Source: Eledone cirrhosa (lineage: Eukaryota). From it: DNA of 54,759 bases. The stretch spans positions 1-54,759 of the forward strand of contig CAXHJY010000067.1 in NCBI GenBank assembly GCA_964016885.1, given 5' to 3'. Within the stretch, counting starts at the first letter, position 1. Each line of letters starts with the position of its first letter. Under the pieces are notes generated by a model that had not been told where the DNA came from, ran no database searches, and was given only the letters and a program-made list of their open reading frames with translations. Positions 49,773 to 54,759 of this stretch are shown in pieces. The translations under genes and the position numbers were made by a program.

Positions 49773-50234
49773 GGCGAGAGAGGGAGAGAGAGGTAAGTAG
49801 ATGTGCGTATATTATATATATATATTGTATATATATAAAGAGAGATATATAGATAGAGAAATAGCCAGATATACATATATAAATGTAGGCAGACATAAAG
49901 ATAGACACCAAATACAGGGACAACCAGAAATACAGACAGACAGACAGGCAGACAGACAGACATATAGACAGGCAGACAGACAGACAGACACTCTGCTAAA
50001 CAAACTGAATCTCCCATTGAAATCTCATCGGCAGTGGAGATGGCGGAGAACTGCCACCAAAGGAGAATAAATCTTTGACAATGTAACCCTAAAATAGGAA
50101 TAGACGCGAACACGTGAATGCCAAACCGAAAGTGAAACTAAGATTTTACGTCTTTGTGAATATCGCGCCAAATACTTGATTGGTGATGTTGGTTATGAAG
50201 TTTTCTATTTCAACGTAGACACATCTTACATTGT

Positions 50235-50329
<95 letters not shown>

Positions 50330-50377
50330 GTATGTATATGTATAGATATATGTAAATATATATGTAAATATATATAT

Positions 50378-50411
<34 letters not shown>

Positions 50412-50434
50412 GTATATATATGTAAATATATATG

Positions 50435-50587
<153 letters not shown>

Positions 50588-50595
50588 GTATATAT

Positions 50596-50629
<34 letters not shown>

Positions 50630-51003
50630 AGATGTTATATATATGTAAATATATATATATATATATATATGTTACAATGTGAGATGTTTCTATATATATA
50701 TATATATGTGTGTATATATATACATATATATATATAAATATATGTATATATACATACACATATATGTATATAAATATATATATACTTACATATATACTTA
50801 CATACATACATACACACATACATACACTGAGAACTACAATATACTGAATCACAATCTTAGAAAAATCAAAAGATTAAAGCAAATAAAAGCTCATCTCCTG
50901 GAATCGATCTCCCTACTATTGCTTTGAAATTGACTGTCGTATCGATTATAACAAAAATTAAATAAATAAAATTCTGTTTTGTCTGTAACGACTTACGTGA
51001 TCG

Positions 51004-51052
<49 letters not shown>

Positions 51053-51111
51053 TACATTCATATACACACATATATATATATGTATATAATGTATATCACA
51101 TATATACATAA

Positions 51112-51171
<60 letters not shown>

Positions 51172-51348
51172 TACATTCGTATACACACACACATTTATAT
51201 ATATATGTATATATATGTATATACACATATATACATAAATATATATATATATATGAATATATATATATACAAACATACACATATACATATATACACACAC
51301 ACACATATATATATATGTATATATATGTATATACACATATATACATAA

Positions 51349-51381
<33 letters not shown>

Positions 51382-51432
51382 CAAACATACATATATAGAT
51401 ATATATACACACACACACATATATATATGCAC

Positions 51433-51520
<88 letters not shown>

Positions 51521-51676
51521 CACACACGTATATATATATAACTTATGGACATAAAATGACACTCCAAGTGTAGAAGGTAAAAGCGCCATTACAACGTCTC
51601 TTCTTTAAATGTTCCCAGATTTCCTTGCTTTGGTCTGCCATTCTTTTAATGATGCAAAGATGAAAGCAACGGCGTT

Positions 51677-51709
<33 letters not shown>

Positions 51710-51823
51710 GTGTGTGTATATATGTAAGGTAGTGTGTCTGTGTGTGTGTGTCTGTGTTTGTGTGTGTGTGTTTGTGTGTGGTTTGGTTGGGCAGATATAG
51801 ATTTATATAGGTGTAGACTTTTG

Positions 51824-51857
<34 letters not shown>

Positions 51858-51881
51858 TTTACGTACTACGCTGCGAATATC

Positions 51882-51945
<64 letters not shown>

Positions 51946-52021
51946 ATGTATGTATCTGTATATATATATACATGTAAATATGTTCATGCTTACGTATCTA
52001 TATATATCTATATATATGCAC

Positions 52022-52058
<37 letters not shown>

Positions 52059-52189
52059 TAGGGTGTATATATATATATACACATAGGGTGTATAATATAT
52101 ATATATATATATATGTGTGTATGTGTGTGTGTATCTGTATATATATACATATATATTCATGCATAAGTATCTATATTTATCTATATATA

Positions 52190-52235
<46 letters not shown>

Positions 52236-52316
52236 GTATATATATATACATAGGGTGTATATGTATATATATATATTCTTGGTGTCTGCGTTGGCAACAT
52301 GACCCTCCCAAAGTCT

Positions 52317-52360
<44 letters not shown>

Positions 52361-52672
52361 CCTAACAAAACCAGGCCTAGGAACTATATAAAAGCCACAA
52401 TATTATGGAAAACTCACCAATATGGTAACCAATATATATTAACCAACGCCAAAACGGTCATTCTGTTCTAATAACCAATATTTCGTATATTATATCAACA
52501 TTATATCTATTTCGTATATTATATCAACATTATATCTATATGAAAGCAATATGAATGCAATATTTCATATTAAATTCCTATATAAAATCCACTCTCAATG
52601 GATAAAATATAAAATTGGCATCAGAACGGTAATATAGTTTCATTTACATCTAGAAAATTTTATAGGAATATA

Positions 52673-53012
52673 AAATCTACCCCAGTATTTCACTGGTACT
52701 ATATTTTATAAACCCCAAAAGAAATCTTTGTTCATTAAATCTACCTCAGTATTTCACTGGTTCTATATTTTATCAACCCCAGAAGAAATCTTTGTTCATT
52801 AAATCTACCTCAGTATTTCACTGGTACTATATTTTATAAACCCCAAAAGAAATCTTTGTTCATTAAATCTACCTCAGTATTTCACTGGTTCTATATTTTA
52901 TGAACCCCAGAAGTATGAAAGGTAAAGTTAGTGTTACTCTATCAAATCTACCCCAGTATTTCACTGGTACTATATTTTATCAACCCCAGAAAATGTAAGA
53001 TAAAGTTAATCT
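52673..53012 (-). repeat. 64-bp tandem array derived from an old SINE body
   Basis: Units at 52673, 52737, 52801, 52865 and 52944 contain cagtatttcactggt.ctatattttat.aacccc; the fourth continues into atgaaaggtaaagtt as in the SINE. Confidence 0.8.
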
Positions 53013-53039
53013 TAGTTTTAATTCATATATACCCTTTTA

Positions 53040-53089
<50 letters not shown>

Positions 53090-53119
53090 AGATCAAAAGA
53101 TCGTTGAAAGAGTTCCAAG

Positions 53120-53190
53120 TATTTTATTATGCCCATTTCAAAAACAAATATCATCATGGGATGATATCTGCGTTTTCATCAGATAAAATA
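53120..53190 (-). ncRNA. Type I hammerhead ribozyme motif with long stem II
   Basis: Reverse complement: tattttat-CTGATGA-aaacgcagatatcatc-ccat-gatgatatttgttttt-GAAA-tgggcATA-ataaaata; stem I 8/8, stem II 15/16 including G-U, stem III ATG/CAT. Confidence 0.82.
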
Positions 53191-53281
53191 GGGATATATG
53201 ATATGAAGCTTAAAAAAACACTTGTGAATAGTGAAGTTTTAAATCAACATGCTTTATTGTGCTACAATAACCCCCCCCCCC

Positions 53282-53331
<50 letters not shown>

Positions 53332-53335
<4 letters not shown>

Positions 53336-53555
53336 AAAGTTTTATTTAAGATTGTTGGGTTACAACGAGTAAATATTTTATAACTGATATAAAAGCAGTC
53401 AACAGTTTTTGGAGTAGGTTTACGATATTAAACAAATGGAAACTATATTTATAAAACCATATTTATTTCGTTATATATATTTCTGGGATATCATGTTAAA
53501 AATATGGTATGCCTTCCTCAGACAAAATACAATATATAAGGTGTTTTATAAACAA
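53332..53555 (-). mobile_element. Single diverged arm of family B
   Basis: tgcaaaagttttatttaagattgttggg...taactgatataaa...gaaactatattt.ataaaaccatatttatttc, homologous to 21748-21965. Confidence 0.85.
53464..53529 (-). ncRNA. Type I hammerhead ribozyme motif (family B variant)
   Basis: Reverse complement: tattttgt-CTGAGGA-aggcataccat..atgatatccca-GAAA-tatatATA-acgaaata; G-C replaces A-U in stem I relative to other copies; base of stem II imperfect. Confidence 0.68.
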
Positions 53556-53563
53556 ATTTTTCC

Positions 53564-53597
<34 letters not shown>

Positions 53598-53685
53598 GGA
53601 AAAATTTGAACAGGGACAAAACAGAGAGGCAGTACAATAAATGTTTATTAATTTCACGCTCAGGAGAGTGGGGGGTAGGTGGGGT

Positions 53686-53717
53686 ACGACGTTTCGGGCA
53701 TAAGCCCTTCCTCAGGT
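53686..53717 (-). ncRNA. Minimal type I hammerhead motif, PLE-type (family D)
   Basis: Reverse complement: ac-CTGAGGA-a-gggc-ttat-gccc-GAAACGTC-gt; palindromic ACGT stem III, GUC site; AATAAA about 35 nt downstream; stem I only 2 bp. Confidence 0.72.
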
Positions 53718-53877
53718 GAGAAGTGTGTGGGAACAGAGTTCAAAGGTGTGTAGGGGAGTGGTGGAGAGACACACACACATATATATATATATATAAATAT
53801 ATATATATTATGAAGAGAGAAGAAACATTTAGATATAATTAGTAATAAAATGTATCATACCTAAACTGTTCCTAAAT

Positions 53878-53965
53878 TCCTCGACTACGTAGTTTCGTGG
53901 CATAAACAAAAACAATATATCAAAGATATAGAGTCCTTGCGAGGTCTGCCGACTTATCAAGAGGA
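53878..53965 (-). ncRNA. Type I hammerhead ribozyme, U3:A8 core variant (unit 1)
   Basis: Reverse complement: tcctc-TTGATAA-gtcggca...tgccac-GAAAC-tacgta-GTC-gagga; 5-bp stem I, palindromic ACTACGTAGT stem III, GUC site. Confidence 0.75.
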
Positions 53966-54468
53966 TACCTCATTTTACTAGTCTCAAGAACGCGTCTACA
54001 CGACGTGAGAAAGAATCCCAAAAGGCGGAGGGGGAGACAGTCACGCGATATAACGGTCGAGAAACAGAGCTAAGCCTCTTATAACCACGAAGAAAATACC
54101 ACGGAGGCGGAGGGGGTATTCATATCGAGGCCGTAGAAGAGGTAGTGAAGAAGGCGAGAAGTATGAGTAATGGAAGCTTTCCAGTTGTCCCCACACTTCA
54201 AAGATTGCTCGACCAGAGGGAGTTATTAATATATTTAGAAACACACAGATACATGCGGACACACACATATATACATGAATGCATCCGCACCCAACTGTGA
54301 GTTAAGGGTGCCAACTTCACCGATGTTGCTCAATGAATGACTGGGACAGACCAATTCAGTTTGAACCAGACTGAACCAGTATCAGAGTTAAAAATACATT
54401 ATGAAGAGAGAAGAAACATTTAGATATAATTAGTAATAAAATGTATCATACCTAAACTGTTCCTAAAT

Positions 54469-54556
54469 TCCTCGACTACGTAGTTTCGTGGCATAAACAA
54501 AAACAATATATCAAAGATATAGAGTCCTTGCGAGGTCTGCCGACTTATCAAGAGGA
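54469..54556 (-). ncRNA. Type I hammerhead ribozyme, U3:A8 core variant (unit 2)
   Basis: Identical to 53878-53965, shifted by 591 bp. Confidence 0.75.
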
Positions 54557-54759
54557 TACCTCATTTTACTAGTCTCAAGAACGCGTCTACACGACGTGAG
54601 AAAGAATCCCAAAAGGCGGAGGGGGAGACAGTCACGCGATATAACGGTCGAGAAACAGAGCTAAGCCTCTTATAACCACGAAGAAAATACCACGGAGGCG
54701 GAGGGGGTATTCATATCGAGGCCGTAGAAGAGGTAGTGAAGAAGGCGAGAAGTATGAGT

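Larger units (their letters stand above)
53807..54759 (-). mobile_element. 591-bp direct tandem repeat with one hammerhead per unit (retrozyme-like or tandem PLE pLTR); runs off the window
   Basis: 53807-54168 appears identical to 54398-54759; no meaningful ORF; left end abuts (TA)n. Confidence 0.85.

Noticed and set aside
54041-54268. 75-aa minus-strand ORF inside the 591-bp repeat
   Set aside because: Short, begins in a (TG)-like tract, no RT or endonuclease motif.

Overview
Non-coding animal genomic DNA dominated by (TA)n, (CA)n, (GA)n and trinucleotide microsatellites. It is probably from an octopod cephalopod, inferred from recalled resemblance of its SINE and LINE fragments to Octopus repeats. 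No host protein-coding exon could be supported, and nearly all ORFs in the track are microsatellite artefacts. The unique islands are mostly transposon relics: five copies of a tRNA-derived SINE (some with TSDs or tandemly amplified tails), two RTE-type LINE 3' ends (one 5'-inverted), an L1/Tx1-type 3' end, foldback/MITE-like elements and minisatellites. The main signal is a set of type I hammerhead ribozyme (HHR) motifs in Penelope-like element (PLE) termini. One palindromic family carries an outward-facing HHR in each arm. Five co-oriented HHRs of four sequence types lie in the last 1.7 kb. Two of these sit in a 591-bp direct repeat and have the compensatory U3:A8 core, a retrozyme-like arrangement. 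A palindromic element with two convergent tRNA-like Pol III units is also notable. All calls were made by eye, without alignment or folding software.
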